A stretch of 32,000 nt of DNA from Halogeometricum borinquense DSM 11551 (GTDB lineage: Archaea > Halobacteriota > Halobacteria > Halobacteriales > Haloferacaceae), in assembly GCF_000172995.2 (NCBI RefSeq), contig NC_014731.1, forward strand, positions 120,001 to 152,000. Direction: 5' to 3'. Positions 1 to 8,707 of the stretch are shown here, piece by piece. The position numbers and the translations under genes are program-made. Numbering within the stretch: the stretch's first letter is position 1; each line of letters starts with the position of its first letter. Below the pieces are notes generated by a model. The model worked only from the letters and a program-made list of their open reading frames with translations. It was not told the origin of the DNA and searched no databases.

Positions 1-292
1 GATTCGTCGTCCGCGTATGCGGACATTTTTCTTATTCCATTTGACATACTGTGTCCTGACGACAGTCAGACGGGACATCCCGCCCAGTGTCCGTCACGTG
101 AAGCTATGAGACGTACCGTTAATTACATGGGAGACTCTATCGATGTTTTTTCGGCTTAATCGGGTGTTTAGGACTCAAAAAGGCGATATTGAAAGCAAAC
201 CGCGGGGGTGATAGCCAAAATTTCCGAAGTAGAACTGGACGCCGTCGTGTTCGTGACAGGACCGTTGTGCTGAGATGTCTGTGAGCGAAAAC

Positions 293-955
293 TCAGATCG
301 GGTCGACAGTCGCCGTAACTATCTTAGACTCGATACGCTGGAGATGCTCGCTCACGGTGCCCGTCGAGACATCGAGTTTTGTTGCGAGGTCCTGGTGCGT
401 CGTCTGCCGCGGAATCTCATAGTAGCCCTCTCGGACAGCAAGATCGAATATCTCCAGTTGGCGGTCGGTGAGTAGTCCAGACAGCTTTCCAGTGTCCGGT
501 TCATACTCACCCATTCGTTCGAGGGTGAAGTCAACGGCCGTCGGAAGGTCCGCCACCGCGTCCTGAATGGCGCTACTCGTTCCGACCACAGTCACCTTCA
601 CGCCACGGCTTTCGTCGTCGAAGGAGTACATCGGCCAATCGACGACGATTTCGTGGTCGTGGAGGAGATTGAGCAGGTCGTTCACCAGACCGGCGGTTCG
701 GCACTGAATGTAGGCGACGCCGCGACCCTCGGTCCCCGTGATATCGTATTCGAGTGCGTCGGGAGAGTCATCAAGCAACTCCTCCGCGCGCTCGATATCT
801 CCCCTGAGTTCGAGCAGTTCGACGTACCGTCCCTTAGGACCGGGGCTGACGTACTCGATAGCCTCGACTGTCACGCTGTCATCGCGTGCAAACTTGTCTT
901 CGAGGGGGTGCAACTGGCAGTCGGTCCACGTCAGAGTCAGTGTCGCGTATCTCAT
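293..955 (-). CDS. Small HTH_10 (bacterio-opsin-activator-type) DNA-binding regulator
   Basis: ORF 293..1042(-). The C-terminal 'LTDRQLEIFDLAVREGYYEIPRQTTHQDLATKLDVSTGTVSEHLQRIESKI' is the typical haloarchaeal Bat-type HTH. I trimmed the start to the ATG at 955 (MRYATLTL...) because the 29 upstream codons are Arg/Gly-rich and unlike the rest of the protein. Confidence 0.75.
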   Translation of the reverse strand: MRYATLTLTWTDCQLHPLEDKFARDDSVTVEAIEYVSPGPKGRYVELLELRGDIERAEELLDDSPDALEYDITGTEGRGVAYIQCRTAGLVNDLLNLLHDHEIVVDWPMYSFDDESRGVKVTVVGTSSAIQDAVADLPTAVDFTLERMGEYEPDTGKLSGLLTDRQLEIFDLAVREGYYEIPRQTTHQDLATKLDVSTGTVSEHLQRIESKIVTATVDPI

Positions 956-1090
956 CGTGGTAGGGTGCGTCCGACGCCGCTCGGCATCGCCAACGCCTCC
1001 ATCTCGTTGACCGGTGTTATCCCCGGGTGTATTTAAAGTCACCTAGGATAGTCGGAGATAGAAGCAGGGGGGAGGCGCTCGAATAGACAA

Positions 1091-2440
1091 ATGATGAGTA
1101 GCGATACGCCACCCGTGACGGACGAAATGCCGCCGGGGCCCGATGGGCTTCCGGTTGTCGGTAACTACCCGTCGTACATCCGCGAACCATTCGAGTTCAT
1201 GACGCGAAACGCCCGCGAATACGGCGACATCGTGGGGTGGGAAGAACGAAACGGTCCCGTCTATCAACTGAATCACCCCGACCACATCGAGCAGGTGCTC
1301 GTCCAGAACAACCAGAACTACGTGAAGGGCGACGCCTTCCAGAGCACCCTCGGCCCGATTACGGGGAGCGGGATCCTGAACAGCGAGGGCGCTATCTGGC
1401 GTCGGAACCGTCACCTGATCCAGCCCGCGTTCCACCCGAACCGGATCGAGGAGTACTCCGAGATGATGACGGGGTACACAGAAGAGATGCTGGAGACGTG
1501 GTCCGACGGCGAAACGCGCGAGATTCACGAGGACATGATGACGGTGACGCTGAAAATCGTCTCGCGGGCGCTGTTCGGTGTCGATATCGACGACCACGTC
1601 GAGGATATCGGCGAGGCGCTCGAATCGTTCATGGAGGCCTCCGAGAGTCTGTCTCACTACGTCCTTCCCGAAGAGATCCCCACGCCGTCGCGCAAGCAGA
1701 TTCAGGGCGCACGCGAGCAACTCGATGACGTAGTGTACGAACTCATCGAGGACCGGCGCGCGAATCCGGGCGAGCAAGACGTTATCTCGATGCTGTTGGA
1801 CGTGACCGACGACGACGGCAATACGCTCTCGACCGAGCAGATCCGCGACGAAGTCGTGACGCTGCTCTTGGCCGGACACGAGACGACGGCGCTTTCGCTG
1901 TCGTTCACCGCCTACGCACTCGCCCGCCATCCGGAAGCGGAAGCGAAGTTGGTCGAAGAGTTAGACGAAGTCCTCGACGGCCGGACGCCGACGATGTCGG
2001 ACCTCTCGGAGTTGACCTACACCGAGCAGGTCGTCAAAGAGTCGATGCGCCTCTATCCGCCGGTTCCGGGTATCGTCCGCGAACCCGTAAAGCCCGATAT
2101 CATCGGTGGGTACGAGATCCCTGCCGGTGCAACAGTTCGAATGCACCAATGGGTTGTCCACCGCGACGAGCGGTGGTACGACGACCCGCTGGCGTTCGAG
2201 CCCGAACGCTGGACGGACGACCTCGAGCAGTCGATTCCGAAACTGGCGTACTTCCCGTTCGCCGCCGGACCGCGCCGGTGTATCGGTGACCGGTTCGCCA
2301 TGCTCGAAGCCCGGCTTCTCCTGGCGACTATCTACCAGAAGTACCACCTCGAGCTGACTCCCGGAACCGAACTCGACTTGATGGCGACGGTGACCGCACG
2401 GCCGAAGAGCGAAATCGAGATGACCGTCGAACGGCGGTAA
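1091..2440 (+). CDS. Cytochrome P450 monooxygenase
   Basis: 449-aa ORF with an N-terminal PPGP hinge, an 'AGHETT' I-helix motif, an ExxR motif ('ESMR') and the heme-thiolate loop 'FPFAAGPRRCIGDRFA' (FxxGxRxCxG). It is divergent from the HTH_10 regulator. Confidence 0.93.
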   Translation: MMSSDTPPVTDEMPPGPDGLPVVGNYPSYIREPFEFMTRNAREYGDIVGWEERNGPVYQLNHPDHIEQVLVQNNQNYVKGDAFQSTLGPITGSGILNSEGAIWRRNRHLIQPAFHPNRIEEYSEMMTGYTEEMLETWSDGETREIHEDMMTVTLKIVSRALFGVDIDDHVEDIGEALESFMEASESLSHYVLPEEIPTPSRKQIQGAREQLDDVVYELIEDRRANPGEQDVISMLLDVTDDDGNTLSTEQIRDEVVTLLLAGHETTALSLSFTAYALARHPEAEAKLVEELDEVLDGRTPTMSDLSELTYTEQVVKESMRLYPPVPGIVREPVKPDIIGGYEIPAGATVRMHQWVVHRDERWYDDPLAFEPERWTDDLEQSIPKLAYFPFAAGPRRCIGDRFAMLEARLLLATIYQKYHLELTPGTELDLMATVTARPKSEIEMTVERR

Positions 2441-3328
2441 CGACGGCGACAGAGAGGATACACCGCACGGGTATCCTCACTCTCCGCGTTCGATATCGCT
2501 AGGGACTCAGACGCACCAACTCCCTTTCAGAATCGTTATTCAAAAGCCGGACCTCTCGGATTTACTCACTGTTGATTCGAGAGAGATCACTGTTGCCGCT
2601 CTCTTGTACGGGAATATGACAAAAACACCCGCTATTTAGCGGGTGCCATTATAACCGGGCGATGAGGTTAGATGAAAGTAATTGAATCACTCAGAGACAG
2701 GTAATAGCAGATATGAGGGGCCGATCTGGTCGAATCGAATCGCAGTAACCAGATCCCATCCTATTACCAGCATTCACATACAATGTGCGGTAAATATCGT
2801 TTTTCTAAATAGAGTTTTAAATTCGGTTTTGAGTAACAATGTCTATAGAACAGGTAGATAATCAGAATAGGAAATTTCAGGGAGAGAGAACGTATAATCG
2901 CTTTTGTTTTTATCTATCCATACTGCAATCATGAAAACAGAGCTGAGACATCGATAGATACCCAGATATTCGACACTTCAAAGACGCCCGAGGGTGTGGA
3001 GTTACAAATCTATTATTGTAATATACATCTTCTGACAGTCTCAGAAGAGATGACAAATATATCTACTTTCGGTGGAGAGTACAGTAGATCCTGGAGAACG
3101 TCCACCATGACCAAAAGTCCGCACTGAGAGTCTTTCAGACTGAAAATAAGACCCCAGATTGTAAAAAACAACATGTGAATGTCAATGATAATCTCTGAAG
3201 GATAGATTAGATTACCCACACGAAATTCTGTTTAACACAATATTATAGAAAGATCATGATAGTTTTAGACGGTAGAGATTCGACAATCGTCGTAGTAGAA
3301 TTCAAGTATTGTCGTACAATAGCGGTAA

Positions 3329-3436
3329 ATGATGAAATCAAAATGTCCGAGTTGTGATGGAACCGTCACGCGTACACATCCCGGTACGGTCGTCTGCAAG
3401 AGATGCGGCTACGCACCCGATCACGGGGCAGATTAG
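3329..3436 (+). CDS. Putative 35-aa zinc-ribbon micro-protein (CxxC...CxxC)
   Basis: Hand translation gives MMKSKCPSCDGTVTRTHPGTVVCKRCGYAPDHGAD*. It has two CxxC pairs spaced as in a zinc ribbon and lies in an AT-rich region. It is below the ORF-track length cutoff. Confidence 0.35.
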   Translation: MMKSKCPSCDGTVTRTHPGTVVCKRCGYAPDHGAD

Positions 3437-3899
3437 CGAGACGAGGGCGAGACAACGCTAAAATGGAATCCAGAGAGACAGAATAGTTGGTAAGATAGAA
3501 GAGTACATTAGAAGCCTATTTGCCGGTTCTCTCACGCTCTAAAGCGAGAATAGGGACAAGCAAATGCGGACAGCAGAACCTCGTGGCGAAATAGCCGAGC
3601 ATTCTTCCATCTCGTTCGACGAATAGTAGCTCCGGGCCACTAGTAGAATTGTTTATTTTGGGCAATATAACCCCTTCAGCCGAGGCGCTTTTTATTGTTT
3701 CATGGAATAGATCAACCTTCGCTGATGGTCACAGGACAAAGACAGTCGTTCGAAGCCGGCTAACCATTTCGTTTCTTTGTTCCCATCTCGTTACTGTTGT
3801 AGTCTTGTAATGGGAACAATCACAGAACAATGACGATCAGACCGCGGCACTAGGTACTCGCGGTACGGTGCTGGGAGATAGAATTCGTCGTCAGTCACA

Positions 3900-4127
3900 C
3901 TACGGTTGCTTGTATCCGTGACCGACGACGAGTGCGAGGATATTGAGACCGAAGAGACCGAAGAGCAGAGCAGTCTCGTGGACCGTATCAAACCCGGTCA
4001 GGATGTAACCAACGTGTATCAACGGAAGTACGACAGCAAGCCAGAACGCAATCATCTGAACCGCATGGAAGAAAAAGAGAGCCGCTCTCTTGCCGGGTTC
4101 AACCTCGTGAAGTAGGGTCAGCGTCAT
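3900..4127 (-). CDS. Small two-helix membrane protein, function unknown
   Basis: ORF 3900..4139(-). It has two hydrophobic stretches, 'LFFFHAVQMIAFWLAVVLPLIHVGYIL' and 'ALLFGLFGLNILALVVGHGY'. The ATG at 4127 is preferred to the GTG at 4139. A competing antisense ORF 3906..4115(+) cannot be fully excluded. Confidence 0.45.
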   Translation of the reverse strand: MTLTLLHEVEPGKRAALFFFHAVQMIAFWLAVVLPLIHVGYILTGFDTVHETALLFGLFGLNILALVVGHGYKQP

Positions 4128-4311
4128 CGTTCGCCTCACACAGGAATAGTATAGGGCAAGAACCCGCTAAAATCTAATCGAACGGAAACGTAAGCCCGTT
4201 ACTCATCTACCATCTGCTAACGGTTCAATCGCTAACGGAGGGGATGCTCAGCGACGTTCCGCCAGACGTGTGGTGGCTGACGGATGTGATTCCATCCGCA
4301 CCAACCCACGC

Positions 4312-6075
4312 TCAGTCGGATTCCGTCGTGAACGTGACGGTCCCGCCCGTCACCTCGTCGCCCGAGTCAATACAGACGGCGACGGCGACGTAGGTCGTGT
4401 CACTCTCAAGATGTACGAGTTCGTCGAACGTGTCGTCTTCATCGACATCCTCAGCGTCGTCGCTGGCGAGCGTATTTGCTTTGTCACCCTTAATCCAGTA
4501 GTCGAAACGAGTTTCGACTTCGTCACCGTCCAACTCGCTGACGCGCCCTTCGAGAGAAGCCGCGTCATCGCTGACATAGCTCGGTTCGAGCGTCTCCACC
4601 CGGAACGGCGCCTCGTGATCATCGTCGGTCGTAAACGCCCGCCGGCCGCCGCGGACCACCCGGTCGTCGGTTTCAGCGAACGCCTCGAATACGTACGTCG
4701 TCCCGTGTTCGAGGTCAGAGACGTCGGCGTTGAACGAGCCCGTCGATGACTGGTGACCGCTTTCGACTCGCTCGCTCGTCTCATCTCTTTGATCTTCGAT
4801 CCAGTACTCGAAGCCGACGGCCGGTGACGACACATCGCCGAGACCGGTGAGTTCACCGATGAGCGTTGCATCCGTCTCATCGACATCGCTCACACTGCGC
4901 GTCGAGACGGCGAACTCGTCGCTGTCGCCGCCACCGTCATCACCATCACTGATGGCTGCATCGACGTTTAGCAGTCCCGCACCGCCTTCATCCTCGTCAA
5001 GGCCGATGTCTTCAGCCGCTTCGGTGAGTCGCTTCCGTGCCTCTTCGTTCGAGATACCCGTAGACATCAGGATGGCTGCCGCACCGGCGACGTGCGGCGT
5101 CGCCATCGATGTTCCGGAGTAGACTTGGTAGCCACCGATGACTGTCGAACGAATCTCTGTACCGGGTGCAACGATTTCGACCTCCGAACCGGTAGACGAG
5201 AACTCCGAGAGTTCGTCCTCGTCATTGACCGACCCGACAGCGATGACCTCCGGATACGCACCGGGGTAATGAACACAGTCAGAACACGGACCCTCATTTC
5301 CGGCGGCACCGACGAGTAACGACCCCCGCTCGTACGCGTATTCGACAGCGTCCTTGATGATGGACGACCCTGAAGTCGCCCCGAGACTCATACTGATGAC
5401 GTCGTGGCCCTGGTCTGCGGCCCACTTTATACCCTCAGCGACACCGGAGGCGGAGCCGCCCCCATCACCACTGAGCACCTTTACAGAGTGAAGTGTCGCA
5501 CGGGTGCTGACGCCGAGAATACCTTGGTCGTTGTTTACCGCGTTTGCAATACCGGCGCAGTGAGTGCCGTGGTTGTGGTCGTCGTTCCACGGAACGTCAC
5601 CCCGGTCAGAGTCCACAACTGCGTATCCCTCACCGAGATTTTGGCTCAAATCCGGATGTTCGCTGTCGATACCAGTATCGAGGATAGCCACGTGCGCCCC
5701 CGAACCGTCGTATCCGCGCTGGTGGGCTGCATCCGCGGCTACGCGCACGCACCCCCACGGCATCGATTGACCGAGGGCGTGAACTTCGATATCGCGTTCG
5801 ACGTAGCGAAGCTCACCTTCCGCCCGGAATTTTTCAACGAGTTCGTCTGGAAAATCACCGACGAGAGCGTTTCCAGACTCACCAAAGTCGATTTCTGTTT
5901 CAATCGTGTTCGCCTGCGCACGTGCAATATCGACGCCATACTGAGATTTGGTTCCGAGTACGAGACGGGAGTTTCCACCCTCGTCTGCGGATGCTTGTCC
6001 CGCAAGTCCGGAGCCAAGAATTCCGATCCCAATACCGCGTATAACCGACCGCCGATAGACTTTCTTTCTTCCCAT
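4312..6075 (-). CDS. Secreted subtilisin-family serine protease (halolysin-like) with two tandem C-terminal beta-sandwich-like domains
   Basis: Tat-like signal 'KVYRRSVIRGIGIGILGSGLAGQASA'. An inhibitor-I9-like propeptide is present. The catalytic motifs are 'AILDTGID', 'HGTHCAG' and 'GTSMATPHVAGAAA'. The C-terminal ~200 aa consists of two related ~100-aa units (nt 4315-4605 and 4606-4914). Confidence 0.93.
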   Translation of the reverse strand: MGRKKVYRRSVIRGIGIGILGSGLAGQASADEGGNSRLVLGTKSQYGVDIARAQANTIETEIDFGESGNALVGDFPDELVEKFRAEGELRYVERDIEVHALGQSMPWGCVRVAADAAHQRGYDGSGAHVAILDTGIDSEHPDLSQNLGEGYAVVDSDRGDVPWNDDHNHGTHCAGIANAVNNDQGILGVSTRATLHSVKVLSGDGGGSASGVAEGIKWAADQGHDVISMSLGATSGSSIIKDAVEYAYERGSLLVGAAGNEGPCSDCVHYPGAYPEVIAVGSVNDEDELSEFSSTGSEVEIVAPGTEIRSTVIGGYQVYSGTSMATPHVAGAAAILMSTGISNEEARKRLTEAAEDIGLDEDEGGAGLLNVDAAISDGDDGGGDSDEFAVSTRSVSDVDETDATLIGELTGLGDVSSPAVGFEYWIEDQRDETSERVESGHQSSTGSFNADVSDLEHGTTYVFEAFAETDDRVVRGGRRAFTTDDDHEAPFRVETLEPSYVSDDAASLEGRVSELDGDEVETRFDYWIKGDKANTLASDDAEDVDEDDTFDELVHLESDTTYVAVAVCIDSGDEVTGGTVTFTTESD

Positions 6076-6352
6076 TGTCGATTTCGATCCCCGGATACAT
6101 ACTGTTTGGTTACCGGGTTACTCCTCAGGAACGGAGGGTTCTGACTTAACATTGCATTATTATTCATCCATCATATTTTCCAATGCCTTAAGTTAATTTG
6201 GGATTCTGTTTAGATATTTTATCCGACGTTAGTCAAAGAAGTGACGGTTGAACTGAAGAAAAAACCTACCTAGCGGACCTTCCTTGGAGGTAACCTCGTG
6301 AGCAATCACACAACTGGACGATATATAGCGCCGTGACCAACAATACGGTACT

Positions 6353-6637
6353 GTGCACGAGTTGACCGGATTTCAGCGTGATCTCCTGTACCTCGTAGCT
6401 GGCTTAGAAAAGCCGCACGGACTGGGGATCAAACGGGAGCTAGAGCAGTACTACGGCGAGAGCATCACGCAGGGGCGTCTGTATCCGAATCTCGACGCCT
6501 TAGTCGAGGATGGATATATAAAGAAAGGGGAGAAAGACCGACGAACCAACTTCTACGAACTAACGGCGAGCGGACGGCAGGCCATCCTCGACCGTCGTGC
6601 GTGGGAGAACGACACCTTCGGACAACTCTTCGAATAG
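6353..6637 (+). CDS. PadR-family transcriptional regulator
   Basis: 94-aa ORF with a GTG start. 'LTGFQRDLLYLVAG...HGLGIKRELEQYYGESITQGRLYPNLDALVEDGYIKKGEKDRRTNFYELTASG' matches the PadR winged-helix pattern. Confidence 0.85.
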   Translation: MHELTGFQRDLLYLVAGLEKPHGLGIKRELEQYYGESITQGRLYPNLDALVEDGYIKKGEKDRRTNFYELTASGRQAILDRRAWENDTFGQLFE

Positions 6638-6848
6638 CAGTCCAAGTCCAAAATGAACGTACTGACTCTGAGTTACACAGCGACAGACGTGAGCAACTGC
6701 CGGCAGGAGAGACCAAGATTTGGACCGAGGCGAACCTCAGGTGGTGAAGCCGTCGTCACTCACTCACCTCCCGACGAGCAAGTGTGTTAATGCTTAGCAC
6801 AATGTTAAGAGATACCAGCGGGAATATAGGAGTGAGAGGAAATCGGAG

Positions 6849-7019
6849 ATGTCCACGAAGGCTGCACCGGATAGATGTTGTGTCGAACCGCGACCAGACG
6901 TGTACGAACCGTTCGCGGCAATCGACCTCGGTGATGGAAATATAATCGTCTTCGATCGAGATGTACAGGAGGCGTGGATAGAGTCCACAGTCTCCGTCGC
7001 ACGCAACGAAATACGCTAA
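6849..7019 (+). CDS. Putative 56-aa acidic small protein
   Basis: Hand translation gives MSTKAAPDRCCVEPRPDVYEPFAAIDLGDGNIIVFDRDVQEAWIESTVSVARNEIR*. Its composition is halophile-like, and the '...IVFDRD..EAWIES..' pattern resembles small conserved haloarchaeal proteins I recall without a name. It is below the ORF-track cutoff. Confidence 0.45.
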   Translation: MSTKAAPDRCCVEPRPDVYEPFAAIDLGDGNIIVFDRDVQEAWIESTVSVARNEIR

Positions 7020-7154
7020 GGCGACAGTACACGGACACCGTAACAGGAGACGCTAACCGAGAACGGTACGCAAGAGAAGACATCTGCCGTCAAGCAGGCG
7101 ATGCCAACGTCCCGTACCACCGACGACAATCGGCACTTGGAAACATCGGTCGAA

Positions 7155-7898
7155 TCAGGACAACTGACTCATCTCCAGTGGTGTCAGCGTCGTCATGGTT
7201 GGGACCGGCGTTTCCGATACGTCCTGCAAGGACGGCGATGGCACCGACTTGTTGACCGTCGCTTCTCCCCCAGTAGCGGCAGTCGGACTACGGGTCACCT
7301 CAAACTCATTAGCCTCGGCATCCCACTCGAAGGAAAATCCGCGACCGTCCCACTCGAACTCGTCGCCCGTGAACTCGAAACGTACATCGTCACCGATATC
7401 GACTTCGAGACCGTCATCGATGGACCACTCGAAGTCGATGACCGAACCCTCGTATTCGACCTCGTCGTCCTCGTTCTCGAACTCGGAGTCGCTCCCGGTT
7501 CCGGTAGCCTCGAAGTCAACGTCGCCGTTTCCCTCATATTCGAAATCGATTGCCTCTGTCGAGACGACGATTGCCAGTTCTATCTCGTCGGACTCGAACT
7601 CGAAATCGATGCTCGGGTTCGCCTCAACGGTGAACTCGGCGGTACCAGCGCGAGTCTCAAACGAGACGCCCGCGTGGTCGAACTCGACATCACCGTTCTC
7701 GTCTCGCTCGAATTCGAGCGACTGTTCAGGCCGGTCGCTCCGAGTTTCGGTCACTTGCTGATCGCTCCGCTGCGATCCATCGGATGCGCGGGTTGGCTGT
7801 CGATCTCTCTGTCTGGACGCTGTCACGACGCCAAGAGAGAGGGCGGCCAATCCGTTCCCGATGCTAATCAACCACTCACGTCTGAAGAGGTCAGCCAT
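7155..7898 (-). CDS. Tat-signal secreted acidic strand-repeat protein (aromatic-rich relative of the hyper-acidic family)
   Basis: ORF 7155..7940(-). The ATG at 7898 gives 'MADLFRREWLISIGNGLAALSLGVV', a twin-arginine signal. The body carries repeated hxhE elements: 'IDFEFE', 'IDFEYE', 'VDFEAT', 'VEYEGS', 'IDFEWS', 'VRFEFT', 'FSFEWD' and 'NEFEVT'. The antisense ORF 7101..7916(+) is Arg-rich and was rejected. Confidence 0.7.
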   Translation of the reverse strand: MADLFRREWLISIGNGLAALSLGVVTASRQRDRQPTRASDGSQRSDQQVTETRSDRPEQSLEFERDENGDVEFDHAGVSFETRAGTAEFTVEANPSIDFEFESDEIELAIVVSTEAIDFEYEGNGDVDFEATGTGSDSEFENEDDEVEYEGSVIDFEWSIDDGLEVDIGDDVRFEFTGDEFEWDGRGFSFEWDAEANEFEVTRSPTAATGGEATVNKSVPSPSLQDVSETPVPTMTTLTPLEMSQLS

Positions 7899-8111
7899 TC
7901 TCGATCCCCAGAGTAAGATTTCGTATAACAGAACTATCAATCTCGGGTATCCGAGTGGTTACCACGTTACGCCGAGAATACAGGTACGCACAGAGAGGCC
8001 GTATTCTCACTTTGCAACCGGTTATCGCCGCTATCGTAGGGGCGACCGACGACTAGAGCAAGAACACGAATCCCGCAAGAAACTCAACGGTGAGGTGATT
8101 TCGCCGGGCAG

Positions 8112-8480
8112 TCACTGACCGTTCTCTTTCGAATCCGGTTCGAAATGCTTCGACCCCCACTCCCGCATTGCGACAATCAGTGGTTCGAGGTCACGACCGC
8201 GATCAGTCAGCGCGTACTCCACGCGGTAGGGTCGCTCACTGATGACCGACCTGTTGACGATTCGATCCGCCTCAAGTTCCTTGAGGTTGTTCGAGAGCGC
8301 CTTCCCAGAGATATTGCCGATCAGGTTCTGGAGTTCACTGAAACCGCAAGGGCCGCTTTTCAGAAGCCGATCAACGATTACCGGCTTCCACTTCCGAGAG
8401 AGCAAAGCGGCAGTCACAGTGACCGGACACCACTCTTCACCTTGGCACCATTCGGGAACGCGATTAGGACGTTCGTTCAT
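8112..8480 (-). CDS. HxlR-family (DUF24) winged-helix transcriptional regulator
   Basis: 'WCQGEEWCPVTVTAALLSRKWKPVIVDRLL...GFSELQNLIGNISGKALSNNLKELEADRIVNRSVISERPYRVEYALTDRG' matches the HxlR pattern, including the conserved CPV...KW motif. The ATG at 8480 (MNERPN) overlaps the stop of the upstream small ORF as ATGA. Confidence 0.88.
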   Translation of the reverse strand: MNERPNRVPEWCQGEEWCPVTVTAALLSRKWKPVIVDRLLKSGPCGFSELQNLIGNISGKALSNNLKELEADRIVNRSVISERPYRVEYALTDRGRDLEPLIVAMREWGSKHFEPDSKENGQ

Positions 8481-8707
8481 TGGTACTTCCACTCGTTTGG
8501 GTGACGATGTTCAGCCGCCGGTGGACCTCGTTTCGGTCGTTTCATCTCGGATACGTGGAGCGTGTCATCGACATCGAAGTCACGCGGTTCTAGGACGATA
8601 CCGCGAGACAGACTCTCTCCGGTACCTTCGAGTCGGTATCCGTTCCGGACGGATTGGGAAGTTGGTCTCTGGACACCCATGGCTCGTATGCGGGATATGG
8701 ATTCCAT
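8477..8707 (-). CDS. Putative 76-aa protein translationally coupled to the HxlR gene
   Basis: ORF in the track. Its TGA (8479-8477) overlaps the HxlR ATG (8480-8478) in an ATGA arrangement. I recognise no domain and the composition is only weakly halophilic. Confidence 0.3.
   Translation of the reverse strand: MESISRIRAMGVQRPTSQSVRNGYRLEGTGESLSRGIVLEPRDFDVDDTLHVSEMKRPKRGPPAAEHRHPNEWKYQ

Noticed and set aside
1043-1930. 295-aa minus-strand ORF antisense to the P450 gene, plus other ORFs nested in 1091-2440
   Set aside because: The P450 frame carries all the canonical motifs. The antisense ORF is Arg/His/Val-rich, typical of GC-rich antisense shadows.
5404-6167. Plus- and minus-strand ORFs overlapping the protease gene (5404-6144(+), 5739-6167(-), 4270-4749(+), 4350-4886(-))
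   Set aside because: The subtilisin frame is unambiguous, with its catalytic triad motifs. The overlapping ORFs have shadow-type composition.
7101-7916. 271-aa plus-strand ORF overlapping the 7155-7898 gene
   Set aside because: It is Arg-rich with no signal peptide or domain. The opposite strand encodes an acidic protein with a clear twin-arginine signal and repeat structure.
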